This document shows positions 1 through 8,866 of a DNA stretch of 64,000 nt, in pieces. The DNA is from a bacterium (lineage in GTDB: Bacteria; SAR324; JACQKK01). Below the pieces are notes generated by a model. The model did no database searches and had not been told where the DNA came from. It worked only from the letters and a program-made list of their open reading frames with translations. Location of the stretch: the NCBI GenBank assembly GCA_965205845.1, contig CBDBIG010000003.1, positions 313,117 through 377,116 of the forward strand, given 5' to 3'. The translations under genes and the position numbers were made by a program. How positions within the stretch are numbered: the stretch's first letter is position 1; every line of letters begins with the position of its first letter.

Positions 1-613
1 TCGCAGGAAGTTCGTGGAGCTCTTTGGGATTAATGCTTCCTACATACCCCACCGCATGAGGCGTTAAAATGCCTTCAGGATAGAGCCGTTTAAACTCGAC
101 CTTAAGCGAAATACCAGAAAGGTCTTCTTGGTAGGTGTCAACAATGTCGGCCACCTTGCGTCCTACATCTTTAAGCAACACCACGGGTTTAAACACGGGT
201 CTTGCAGCATTTTTGCGTAAAATGTTTTCAAAGTGCTGCAGCGGAATGTTTGTAAGTTGGGAAAGGTTTTGCAAGGTTTGGTTTTGGTTGAGAGCGTCCT
301 CACGGGTAAACTGCAACGCAAAAGAGGCGCGGTTATAGGCAATAATGCGCGCATTCCTGTCGTAAATAACCCCGCGGGGGCCTTCTAATGGGGCAACCCG
401 AATGCGGTTTCCACGCGAAACCTCCTTGTAGTATGAGGCAGAAATGGCTTGCAAGTGAATCAGGCGAAGCACCCATATGACCCCTAAGCAGGCCAAACAG
501 ACCATCATCAAGGCAATCCAGTTGCGAAAACGCGCATTGGCGATGGCTTCAAAAGTATGGAACTTCATAGCGTTGTTCTTTAAAAACGGGGAGCAGTGCT
601 GTATCAAAGCCAT
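1..613 (-). CDS. mrdA: Penicillin-binding protein 2 (peptidoglycan D,D-transpeptidase MrdA), N-terminal part; gene continues past window start
   Basis: Own reverse-strand translation from ATG (complement of 611-613; alternative ATG at complement of 566-568): MALIQHCSPFLKNNAMKFHTFEAIANARFRNWIALMMVCLACLGV (TM helix) ...RIRVAPLEGPRGVIYDRNARIIAYN...RLYPEGILTPHAVGYVGSINPKELHE. This matches the PBP2 N-terminal pattern. It is absent from the ORF track because it is truncated by the window edge. Confidence 0.55.
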   Translation of the reverse strand, partial: MALIQHCSPFLKNNAMKFHTFEAIANARFRNWIALMMVCLACLGVIWVLRLIHLQAISASYYKEVSRGNRIRVAPLEGPRGVIYDRNARIIAYNRASFALQFTREDALNQNQTLQNLSQLTNIPLQHFENILRKNAARPVFKPVVLLKDVGRKVADIVDTYQEDLSGISLKVEFKRLYPEGILTPHAVGYVGSINPKELHELPA

Positions 614-1023
614 GATGCCCGCCAAGGGCTCGGTTGTCTAGTGGGTGCCGAGACACGCTTTTGCACTGGCAAAAATGATGGTTTTTGTGTGTAAAGGGAC
701 ACATGTTTTTACACTGGGTATTTTGCCGTTTTTTTTTGAGGCCTTCTTACCGCCATCTATGTCGCCTGGGCAGTGAAAATTTTTGGAGGCGTGCAGGTTT
801 TTAGCCGACAATGTGATGGGGACGAGGCGATTCATACGCTATGGTCGTTGTGTTTGTCCCATTTGTAGATGTTAAAAAAAAACGGGTAACGTGCGTTAAG
901 GCAAACGCTCGAGGTTAAGCTTTGCTTATGATAAAAACTGTTATAGTTTGACGTTAGATTGTGTAGTGATGCGTTGTTGTGCATATTCCTCCCCTTTTTT
1001 GAACCACCTGGTGCCCACACCCA

Positions 1024-2226
1024 ATGAAATCAGCAACATCCACCGCAAAATTTAACGGTTATTTTGGACAATTTGGCGGCCAATTTATTCCCGAAACCTT
1101 GGTAACGCCACTCAAGGATTTGACCCGTGCTTTTGAGGCAGCGACGGCAGATCCAAACTTTTGGGATGAAATGCGTTTGCTCCTTCGCGACTACGTCGGG
1201 CGGCCTACTCCATTGTTTTTAGCCAAGCGCTTAACTGCACACTGCGGTGGTGCCCAAATTTACTTGAAGCGTGAAGATTTAAACCATACAGGTGCGCATA
1301 AGGTGAATAACACCTTGGGTCAGGCTTTGTTAGCCAAACGCTTGGGCAAAAAGCACCTTATTGCCGAAACAGGTGCAGGCATGCATGGCGTGGCAACGGC
1401 CACGATGGCAGCATTGTTTGGGTTAGAATGCACGGTGTTTATGGGTGCTAAAGACATTGAGCGCCAAGCGCCCAATGTGGCGCGCATGCGGATGCTAGGC
1501 GCTAAGGTCAATGCAGTGAATGCGGGTTCAAAAACCCTCAAAGATGCCATGAACGAAGCCTTGCGCTACTGGGTGGCTGAGATAGACAATGCTTTTTACG
1601 TCATTGGATCGGTGGCAGGGCCGCACCCTTATCCGCTGATGGTGCGCGAGTTTCAGCGTGTGATTGGGGAGGAGGTAAAAAAACAAATGGCCCAAAAAAC
1701 GGGCAGCCTACCCGATTTGCTCATTGCCTGCGTGGGTGGCGGAAGCAATGCGATGGGGCTCTTTGCCACATTTATCGATACCCCCAGTGTACGCCTGCGC
1801 GGTGTTGAAGCGGCGGGTCAAGGCTTAGAAAGCGGTAGGCATTCTGCAGCACTTCATGCAGGCAAAATTGGTGTTTTGCATGGCAGCAAAAGTTACGTGC
1901 TCCAAGATCAAAATGGACAAGTACAAGAAGCGCACTCGATTTCCGCAGGGCTCGACTACCCCGGGGTGGGTCCCGAACACAGTTACCTCCAAGATAGCGG
2001 GCGGGCGGAGTATGTTGCCATTACAGACGACGAAGCACTGGACGCCTGTTTTGCCCTTTCACGCCTAGAAGGTATTTTGCCCGCCCTAGAAAGTGCCCAT
2101 GCCATTGCAGATGCCATGAAGGTCGCCCACGAAATGCCCAGCACAAAAAGCATCGTTGTCAACCTTTCAGGTCGTGGTGATAAAGACCTTAATAGCATAA
2201 TGAATGCAAGTCCCGATCGCTTTTAA
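1024..2226 (+). CDS. trpB: Tryptophan synthase beta chain
   Basis: 400-aa ORF with the hallmark [39 protein letters not shown], the PLP-binding Lys region, and GGGSNAMG. Confidence 0.95.
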   Translation: MKSATSTAKFNGYFGQFGGQFIPETLVTPLKDLTRAFEAATADPNFWDEMRLLLRDYVGRPTPLFLAKRLTAHCGGAQIYLKREDLNHTGAHKVNNTLGQALLAKRLGKKHLIAETGAGMHGVATATMAALFGLECTVFMGAKDIERQAPNVARMRMLGAKVNAVNAGSKTLKDAMNEALRYWVAEIDNAFYVIGSVAGPHPYPLMVREFQRVIGEEVKKQMAQKTGSLPDLLIACVGGGSNAMGLFATFIDTPSVRLRGVEAAGQGLESGRHSAALHAGKIGVLHGSKSYVLQDQNGQVQEAHSISAGLDYPGVGPEHSYLQDSGRAEYVAITDDEALDACFALSRLEGILPALESAHAIADAMKVAHEMPSTKSIVVNLSGRGDKDLNSIMNASPDRF

Positions 2227-2376
2227 AGCAATATTTTATCCTGATGCTCTCGGTATCGACCACGCTCCTCCAAAAGGCTGATGATGAGTGCCCGCGGGAG
2301 GTCTTTACCGTTTTAACCCCTTACCGCTTGCATCTTACCCGCCTCCTTTGTGTAATAAACACTGCGGTTGCGCTCC

Positions 2377-2476
2377 CGATCTTTTTTGCCAGTGGCAAAG
2401 CATGGAGACGGGGACACCCGTTTGCGCTGCCGATCTTTTTTGCCAGTGGCAAAGCATGGAGACGGGGACACCCGTT
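2377..2476. repeat. 54-bp direct tandem repeat x2 (CGATCTTTTTTGCCAGTGGCAAAGCATGGAGACGGGGACACCCGTT) between trpB and the HDAC gene
   Basis: Exact 46-bp cores at 2377-2422 and 2431-2476. The ORF track shows the duplicated peptide (DLFCQWQSMETGTPV x2) in the spurious N-extension of ORF 2288. Confidence 0.9.
2386..2452. promoter_or_regulatory. Two copies of the perfect palindrome TTGCCA-G-TGGCAA (2386-2398 and 2440-2452) spaced 54 bp apart; candidate operator pair for a dimeric regulator
   Basis: The 6-1-6 inverted repeat was read directly. A centre-to-centre spacing of 54 bp is about 5 helical turns. It lies about 200 bp upstream of the HDAC-family gene start. Confidence 0.3.
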
Positions 2477-2644
2477 ATTTCCATGTGGTCGCATAAGCAT
2501 GGGGACGGGGACAACGGGCATGCACTTAAGTTTTGGGTGATTTTTGCCATAAATTTGCTTTTTGGGCTTCGAATGTGGTGTAAGGAAGGCTGGCGTTTTA
2601 GAGAATCATCGGGCGGCGGGTGCTGGTTACATCACAAGGGGGCA

Positions 2645-3679
2645 ATGCTAAGAAAAATGATGCGCGTTTTTTATCATCCAAGCGAGCAGCACTACCGCCC
2701 ATCGCGCACCTGGTTTCATGGACGCATCGAGCCCAATCCCGAGGTTGTTGCGCGCACCCAAAGCATTTTAAATGCACTGGAACAACACCCCAATTTTGCG
2801 TTTGAAGAACCCCCTAACCTTGATCCCACAAAAGACCTGCCTTTACTGGCAGAGGTGCACGATGAAGGCTACCTAAACACCTTAAAAACGGTGTGCGAGA
2901 GGCTGGACCCAGAGGAAGAGTTCTTTCCTTTTATGGCACGCCCCGACAAGGCCTTGTTGAAGGTGGCCTACCCCCGTGTGCGCATGGGCTATTATGCGGT
3001 CGATGGTTCCATGCCCTTATTAACCCGCTCTTTTACCACAGCCTTAGGAGCAGCCGCCAGCGCTTTGGCGGGTGCCAAGGCAGTGTTATCGGGTGAAAAA
3101 GCCGTATACAGTTTGTGCCGTCCCCCGGGGCATCATGCCAGCAGGGCATCGTACAGTGGGTATTGTCTGCTAAACAATGCCGCGTTGGCCGCGCAGCGTT
3201 TGTCTAAGCAGGGCAAAACCGCCATCCTCGACGTTGATTTTCATCATGGTAACGGAGTACAGGAAATTTTTTACGCACGTGAGGATGTGCTGTACGCCTC
3301 CTTACATGGTGATCCACGCCAAGCTTACCCTTTTATTTTGGGCGATAAAACCGAAACGGGAAACGGGGCAGGCTTGGGTTGCAACCATAATTTTCCCCTA
3401 CCCAAAGGCTGCAATTGGTCTTTGTATGCTCCCGCCTTAGAGGATGCCCTTGAGCGAATTGCCGCGTTTTCTCCCGACTTTCTAGTGGTAGGCCTTGGCT
3501 TTGATACCTATGCCAAAGATCCCATTGGTTTTTTTAAACTTGAGGTGTTGGATTTCGCTGCCATTGGAGCAAGGCTGGCGCAACTCCAATGCCCCACCTT
3601 GGTGGTCCAAGAGGGGGGCTATTGTGCACCTGAATTGGGGGATTTGGCGGTGGCTTTTTTTAGGGGCTTCGGGCATTAA
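2645..3679 (+). CDS. Histone deacetylase / acetoin utilization AcuC-family amidohydrolase (arginase-deacetylase fold)
   Basis: Contains DVDFHHGNGVQEIFY (the HDAC D-x-D-x-HHG-x-G motif) and GFDTYAKDP. The ORF-track start at 2288 runs through the tandem repeat, so the start was placed at the internal ATG at 2645 (MLRKMMRVFYHP). Confidence 0.8.
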   Translation: MLRKMMRVFYHPSEQHYRPSRTWFHGRIEPNPEVVARTQSILNALEQHPNFAFEEPPNLDPTKDLPLLAEVHDEGYLNTLKTVCERLDPEEEFFPFMARPDKALLKVAYPRVRMGYYAVDGSMPLLTRSFTTALGAAASALAGAKAVLSGEKAVYSLCRPPGHHASRASYSGYCLLNNAALAAQRLSKQGKTAILDVDFHHGNGVQEIFYAREDVLYASLHGDPRQAYPFILGDKTETGNGAGLGCNHNFPLPKGCNWSLYAPALEDALERIAAFSPDFLVVGLGFDTYAKDPIGFFKLEVLDFAAIGARLAQLQCPTLVVQEGGYCAPELGDLAVAFFRGFGH

Positions 3680-3752
3680 GGGGTTTGGATTTGGGGGGAT
3701 TTAGCGATGGCTTTTTTTAGGGGCTTCGGGCAAGGGGTTTGGATTTGGGGGG
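3643..3752. repeat. ~55-bp tandem duplication (x2) spanning the 3' end and stop codon of the HDAC gene
   Basis: GGCGGTGGCTTTTTTTAGGGGCTTCGGGCATTAAGGGGTTTGGATTTGGGGGG is followed by GCGATGGCTTTTTTTAGGGGCTTCGGGCAAGGGGTTTGGATTTGGGGGGGG. The first copy encodes the C-terminus AVAFFRGFGH and the stop codon. Confidence 0.85.
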
Positions 3753-4182
3753 GGTGGAGGCTTATTTTGGCTGCCCTTGGCACCCAACCTGATGCACTTT
3801 GCGTTCTTGATGGCTGGTTTTGCGCTCTTGGCAATGGGGGGGCCGCCATAGGCTTGGTTTTTTTTTTAGATGCCCCGCACGCACATAGAAGGCGGGCTTG
3901 CATCCCCAAGTTTTGATAGAACTTTTGCTGGCGGGTCCCCAGCACAAAGTGCCATGCTTTTATAAGCCTCATCTTGCGTGCTAATCGGCCTTTTAGTAGG
4001 GGTCTACGCCCGTTCTGTGCCAATTCTGCGCCAATTGCTATAAGCCAATGCCTTGTGCCAACTCCAACCCCACGTTACACGCAAAACAACCTGGGGCTGC
4101 CATACCTTTGCCCTCGCACTTTGGTTTTGTGGGCATTTGCTGGCAATTATGGGCTTTGCTAAAGTGCGACGTTGTGTTAGAA

Positions 4183-5010
4183 ATGCGCCGCAAGTACAAT
4201 CTGCTCTCGGTGGTGTTGTTCTGTGCACTTACCTTGCTCTTGTTGCGCTTTAGCCTGTCTCCCCAAAGCACAAACAATTGGCGTTTGACTCCCCGTGTAT
4301 TGGCCCTGGTCCAAGGCAAGGCCGTTTCTGCCCAGCAAAGCCTTGCCTTAAACCCACTGCTTAACCGCCCTTTTCCCACCCGCCAAGCACTCGTGCAGGC
4401 CTTGCGCCAAAGGCTAACAAAGCAGCCGTTAACATCGGCCGCGCTGCTAGCCCTGGTGGGGGCAGTCCAAAATAACCAAGGCGCACCCCTGGTGGCAGGC
4501 TTGCTGTGGGTAGCCTTGTTGCTCGGGGCTACCCTAAGTTTAAACCGCGCCTTTGAACAAGAACGCGAACAAGGCAGTTTAGACATTTTGCTGCTGGCTC
4601 CCGCCTCACGCTGGGTGTTGTATGGCGGGAAAATGCTGGCATGCTTGCTGCGCTTGTTGGTGTTACAGGCAATTTTAACGCCCCTAACGGCACTGTTTTT
4701 TGGGAGCACTCTACACGGGGCTTGGCTGGTATTGTTGCCAGCATTGCTGGGAGGTGCCGTGGGCATTGCCGCTTTGGGTGCCTTGCTGGGTTGGCTTGCA
4801 GCGGAGATCCCAGGGCGCGAGGCCCTGTTACCCATTTTGCTTTACCCACTACTTACCCCTTTGCTACTGGCTGTAGTGCACCTTACCCAAGGTGCCTTGC
4901 AAGGTTTGCCTTGGCATGAACACTGGCCTTGGTTACGCTTGATGCTGACTTTTGATGCCATGGTGTTGCTTGCGGCTTGGCTGTTGTTTGAGCACGCCGC
5001 GAACGGATAG
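4183..5010 (+). CDS. ccmB: Heme exporter protein B (CcmB)-like ABC-type permease
   Basis: RAFEQEREQGSLDILLLAPASRWVLYGG aligns to the E. coli CcmB FRDDLQDGSLEQLMLLPLP region. The protein has about 6 predicted TM helices. The start was moved to the internal ATG at 4183 (MRRKYNLLSVVLF) and is uncertain. Confidence 0.6.
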   Translation: MRRKYNLLSVVLFCALTLLLLRFSLSPQSTNNWRLTPRVLALVQGKAVSAQQSLALNPLLNRPFPTRQALVQALRQRLTKQPLTSAALLALVGAVQNNQGAPLVAGLLWVALLLGATLSLNRAFEQEREQGSLDILLLAPASRWVLYGGKMLACLLRLLVLQAILTPLTALFFGSTLHGAWLVLLPALLGGAVGIAALGALLGWLAAEIPGREALLPILLYPLLTPLLLAVVHLTQGALQGLPWHEHWPWLRLMLTFDAMVLLAAWLLFEHAANG

Positions 5011-5270
5011 AAAAACGCTATGTTTGAGCGTGCTTGTCGCTTGAATGTGCAAAAAACCATGCCATTAAAAACTTGCGGCGAGATGCCCAATGCAAAGCCA
5101 CTTTGTCCCAAAATGGCAAAGTATACGGACCGCTTACCTTGACACAAGGGGTGTTTCGAAAACGGGTTACTTCAAACATTAGATGCTTGTATTCATGGCT
5201 CCATTGGGTTTATGGTGGCTTCATAGAATCAAGCGAGCGTGATGTAATCCTCTTATGCGTATCGATTTCA

Positions 5271-6302
5271 ATGATGACCTTGGCCCAACGAACCCTTGCC
5301 CAAGTGATGGCGGGTAAGCACTTAAACCATGCCCAGTCCAAAGAGGCCATGGCCGGCCTTATGGCGGGGGAATGGACACCTGCTCAAATTGGGGCTTACA
5401 TTGCGGCGTTAAAAATGAAGGGCGAGCAAGTAGAAGAACTCTCTGGTTCCGCCGAGGCGATGCGTGAAGCGGCAGTATGGACCCCTATAGCACAGCGTCC
5501 CATACTCGACGTGGTCGGCACAGGGGGCGATGGCGTGGGCACGGTGAATGTTTCGACCCTAGCTGCGCTGTTGTGCGCTGCGGCAGGTGTGGCTGTAGCC
5601 AAACACGGCAACAAGGCCATTACAGGGCAGTGCGGGAGTGCAGATGTGTTAGAGCATTTGGGGGTAGCACTAAAAGCAGAAGCCAAATACGCCATGAAGG
5701 GCATTGATGCGGTCGGTTTTGCTTTTTTGTTTGCACCCATGTTTCACCCTGCCATGCGTCATGCAGCAGTGCCACGGCGTGAGATTGGCGTGCCCAGCAT
5801 GTTTAATTCCCTAGGTCCCCTGACCAACCCCGCGCGGGCAGAATGGATGCTGTTAGGGGTAAGCAAACAACAAGACGCCATGCGTTTTGCCCAAGTACTA
5901 CAACGCATGGGCTGTCAACGTGGGTTGGTGGTGCATGGTATGGATGGCTTGGATGAAGTAAGTTTGTGTGGCCCCACGCTTTTGCTTGAGGTAACTCCTG
6001 ACCGCATTGCTGAAAGCAGCATCACGCCGCAAGAAATGGGTTTAACCCCTTGTTCCTTGCCCGATTTGCAGTTGCCTAACCGCCAAGGCATTCTTGATGC
6101 TGCCAGCGCTATTGTCGAAGGCAAGGATACCGATTCTCCTCATGTTAACTTGGTTTTGTTGAATGCAGGAACTGCATTGTATGTGGCACAACGGGAACCC
6201 AGCATTGCCAAAGGGGTTTTACTGGCTAAAGCCGTGCTACGTGATGGCGGTTTAAAAACGATGTTACAAAAAACCGCTGCCTACACCCAAAATGCCCCTT
6301 AG
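5271..6302 (+). CDS. trpD: Anthranilate phosphoribosyltransferase
   Basis: LDVVGTGGDGVGTVNVSTLAALLCAAAG (the TrpD glycine-rich PRPP loop) and MFHPAMRHAAVPRREIG. The ORF-track start at 5034 adds an improbable 79-aa extension, so the start was placed at MMTLAQRTLAQVMAGK (5271). Confidence 0.88.
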   Translation: MMTLAQRTLAQVMAGKHLNHAQSKEAMAGLMAGEWTPAQIGAYIAALKMKGEQVEELSGSAEAMREAAVWTPIAQRPILDVVGTGGDGVGTVNVSTLAALLCAAAGVAVAKHGNKAITGQCGSADVLEHLGVALKAEAKYAMKGIDAVGFAFLFAPMFHPAMRHAAVPRREIGVPSMFNSLGPLTNPARAEWMLLGVSKQQDAMRFAQVLQRMGCQRGLVVHGMDGLDEVSLCGPTLLLEVTPDRIAESSITPQEMGLTPCSLPDLQLPNRQGILDAASAIVEGKDTDSPHVNLVLLNAGTALYVAQREPSIAKGVLLAKAVLRDGGLKTMLQKTAAYTQNAP

Positions 6303-6375
6303 AAAACGCTAAAGGCTTAAGCATGGCCTTGATAACCAAAAAACCTTTAAAACCACAACACGCATTCTTTTTGTT

Positions 6376-7188
6376 ATGGCTGCAGATCTTCTTCGGCGTA
6401 TTTTGGATGCCAAGTACCAAGAAATTGACCGCCTAAAAACCATCACCCCTTTTGCCGCCTTGCGAGATCAAGTGGCGGATCAACCCCCCACACGCAACCT
6501 TACCCTAGCACTCAAAGGGGATAGTCCACGCGGAAAATCGGGAATCGTGCCGATTTTGGCGGAAATCAAACGCAAGTCACCCTCCAAAGGGTTTTTCCCG
6601 TGGACACGCAACCCCCAAGCCCAAGCCCAATGTTATGCCAAGGGGGGTGCTGCCGCTATTTCGGTGGTGACCGATCCCGCCTTTTTTGCAGGCGACACTA
6701 CCTGGCTGACCCAAGTCAAGCAGGTAGTTAGCCTACCGATATTGCAAAAGGACTTTTTCATTGAACCTTACCAAATATGGCGCGCACGGGCTTTGGGGGC
6801 AGACGCCTGCTTGCTTATTGCAGCTGCCACCCCTGGGCAACAACTCACCGACTTGGTAGGTATTGCCCTGCAGGTGGGCTTGCACCCTTTGGTCGAGGTT
6901 GTCGACGAAGAAGAACACGCCCAAGCCACCCAAGCAGGTGCGCTGCTTATTGGGGTAAACAACCGCAATTTACGGACCTTTGAGGTCGACGAAACACGCA
7001 CGCTTCGCCTAATAAAATGTTATCACGAGCACCAAGTGTGTATCGCAGAATCGGGCATTCATCAAGCAGAGCAAATTCAAACCCTACGCCAAGCGGGAGT
7101 CGCTGCCTTTTTAATTGGTGAAGCATTGATGAAAGCGCAAAACCCCACCACTTTTTTACGCAACCTGCAAACCGTCTCCAAGGCTTAA
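6376..7188 (+). CDS. trpC: Indole-3-glycerol phosphate synthase
   Basis: ILAEIKRKSPSKG, the IGPS signature (IAE[VI]K+ASPS+G), and IGVNNRNLRTFEVD. Confidence 0.9.
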   Translation: MAADLLRRILDAKYQEIDRLKTITPFAALRDQVADQPPTRNLTLALKGDSPRGKSGIVPILAEIKRKSPSKGFFPWTRNPQAQAQCYAKGGAAAISVVTDPAFFAGDTTWLTQVKQVVSLPILQKDFFIEPYQIWRARALGADACLLIAAATPGQQLTDLVGIALQVGLHPLVEVVDEEEHAQATQAGALLIGVNNRNLRTFEVDETRTLRLIKCYHEHQVCIAESGIHQAEQIQTLRQAGVAAFLIGEALMKAQNPTTFLRNLQTVSKA

Positions 7189-7316
7189 AAGCCCGGCCCG
7201 CCTTCCCCACCACCACGAGCGACCATCATCGCTTCTCCACGGGCTGATTTTGCCTGATATTTAGATCTGCAGACAATTTGGTAAAAGCGCAAAGCATGGG
7301 TTTCACAGAAGGGTTT

Positions 7317-8525
7317 TTAAAAAACGCTTTTGATAAAAAAGCCATAGATCTGTGTTTTATCCACGCTAGAATCGGTGTTGGCGAATGTTGTTTTTGCTTC
7401 GCGACTGCCAATTTCCACACCCCATGAACCACCGGTACCCTTTTTTTCGAAACCTGTAATGATCGAGGTAACCTCAAAACCTTGCACGAGACCCACAAGG
7501 TCCGCCCCAGAGAGCGACGATGGAATAGCGTATTTTGTATCCTCACTTACCAGCAACGCGTGCACAGAGTATTTTCCACCTAGACGTATTCCCAATGCCA
7601 TGTCATCTTTGGTGGCGGTTCCAATGCCCTCACGGGGCGAATTGGCCATAGGGGTGCCTAACGCCGTCACCTTGGGAAGGGTGGTGCTGGTTAATTCTAA
7701 GCCAAGGTAAATCGCCCCCAGTCGCATATACAGTTCGACCACGCCAGCATTGGATTCAGTTTCTACTCCAAGGTCTATTTCTCCTGCGCCATTGTCTAAA
7801 CCTTCACCTTCAGCCAATTGCGTGCGGAAACCCAGCCCAAAACTAGGGCGGGTATAACTTAAATAAAACAAAGTACTGCTTTGGGTTTGAACGTCAAAAA
7901 TCTTGCCTGAGGCGTCGGCATTACAAGCGGGTTCACAACTGCTTGAAAGGGCGAAGCCTAGGTTTAGATTGCCAAGGTTAAACTTAAAATCAATAGCCCC
8001 TTGATCGAGCAGGGTATATTGCGCATAGCCATCGGGTGAGATGAGATTTTCAACGGGCTGCACCGCCGCAAAACCCGTGTTGTCAAGGTCTGGCAAGCGC
8101 CCGATGCTAATGGAAAAAGTTTGATTAGGCATCCAGCGCATGCGCACACGCCCACTTTCGATCTGCCCAGTGTTGAAAGTGCCCGTGCTGTCTTGACCGC
8201 CTCGGACAAAGGAGCCGCCTTGCGTACCAAGAAGGTGCAAACTGAAGTAATAATTCAAAACATCTCTTTTGCCCGTCAAAACCAGATCTGCATCAATGAC
8301 GGTATAAGTGTTTTCTAATTCAGATACACCGGAGGCAGCGCCTATTTCTTCGGTATATTGACCAAAAGAGGCAGAGGCCGTTCCCGAAAATTTGGGCAAT
8401 GCACGCATCATTGCGTTTAGTTTTTGCAAAGAGGCCAGGCCGCCCTCTTGGCCCCATGCCATGTGCCACGGCAAAAAAGCCAGCAGTAAGCCAATACCCA
8501 TCCAGCGCAATGTTTTCTCGACCAC
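7317..8525 (-). CDS. Predicted outer-membrane beta-barrel (porin-like) protein, paralog A
   Basis: Signal peptide MVEKTLRWMGIGLLLAFLPWHMAWGQ, alternating amphipathic strands, a C-terminal aromatic residue (…FIKSVF) and two Cys. Shares the motifs IGRLP...TGFA..QP, GAID..F and SSGC with the ORF at 8867-10123. Confidence 0.65.
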   Translation of the reverse strand: MVEKTLRWMGIGLLLAFLPWHMAWGQEGGLASLQKLNAMMRALPKFSGTASASFGQYTEEIGAASGVSELENTYTVIDADLVLTGKRDVLNYYFSLHLLGTQGGSFVRGGQDSTGTFNTGQIESGRVRMRWMPNQTFSISIGRLPDLDNTGFAAVQPVENLISPDGYAQYTLLDQGAIDFKFNLGNLNLGFALSSSCEPACNADASGKIFDVQTQSSTLFYLSYTRPSFGLGFRTQLAEGEGLDNGAGEIDLGVETESNAGVVELYMRLGAIYLGLELTSTTLPKVTALGTPMANSPREGIGTATKDDMALGIRLGGKYSVHALLVSEDTKYAIPSSLSGADLVGLVQGFEVTSIITGFEKKGTGGSWGVEIGSREAKTTFANTDSSVDKTQIYGFFIKSVF

Positions 8526-8664
8526 TCAATTTCTCCTCATCACCCCGTTAACGGATTCTTCTCAAAGGCCATCAATTACGAAATCGATTACGCCAAAATC
8601 TTTGGTCCATTATTAAATATCTTACCTGTGGTAAGGGCCTCACAAACACCATTCATCTCCTTGC

Positions 8665-8831
8665 ACCACCATGCCCCATTTGCCAATAAGTATCTTGCTT
8701 TCAACGGCTTTTACGCACGCACCACCATGCCCCATTTGCCAATAAGTATCTTGCTTTCAACGGCTTTTACGCACGCACCACCATGCCCCATTTGCCAATA
8801 AGTATCTTGCTTTCAACGGCTTTTACGCATG
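8665..8831. repeat. 55/56-bp tandem repeat x3 in the intergenic region between the two paralogous OMP genes, 140-300 bp upstream of OMP-A
   Basis: CACCACCATGCCCCATTTGCCAATAAGTATCTTGCTTTCAACGGCTTTTACGCACG occurs at 8665, 8720 and 8776. Confidence 0.9.
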
Positions 8832-8866
8832 CACTCGCAGAACACACCCGCACCCTTAAAAGGTGT

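Noticed and set aside
2288-2644. The 119-aa N-terminal extension of the HDAC ORF (ORF-track start 2288), with its duplicated DLFCQWQSMETGTPV peptide.
   Set aside because: The extension is just the translation of the 54-bp tandem repeat and upstream intergenic DNA, and has no homology. The HDAC domain begins at the internal Met at 2645.
4038-4835. A 265-aa minus-strand ORF, and a 106-aa ORF at 4529-4849, overlapping ccmB.
   Set aside because: They lie antisense to a gene with clear family motifs. They are low-complexity (Ala/Pro/Ser-rich) and typical of shadow ORFs in GC-rich coding DNA.
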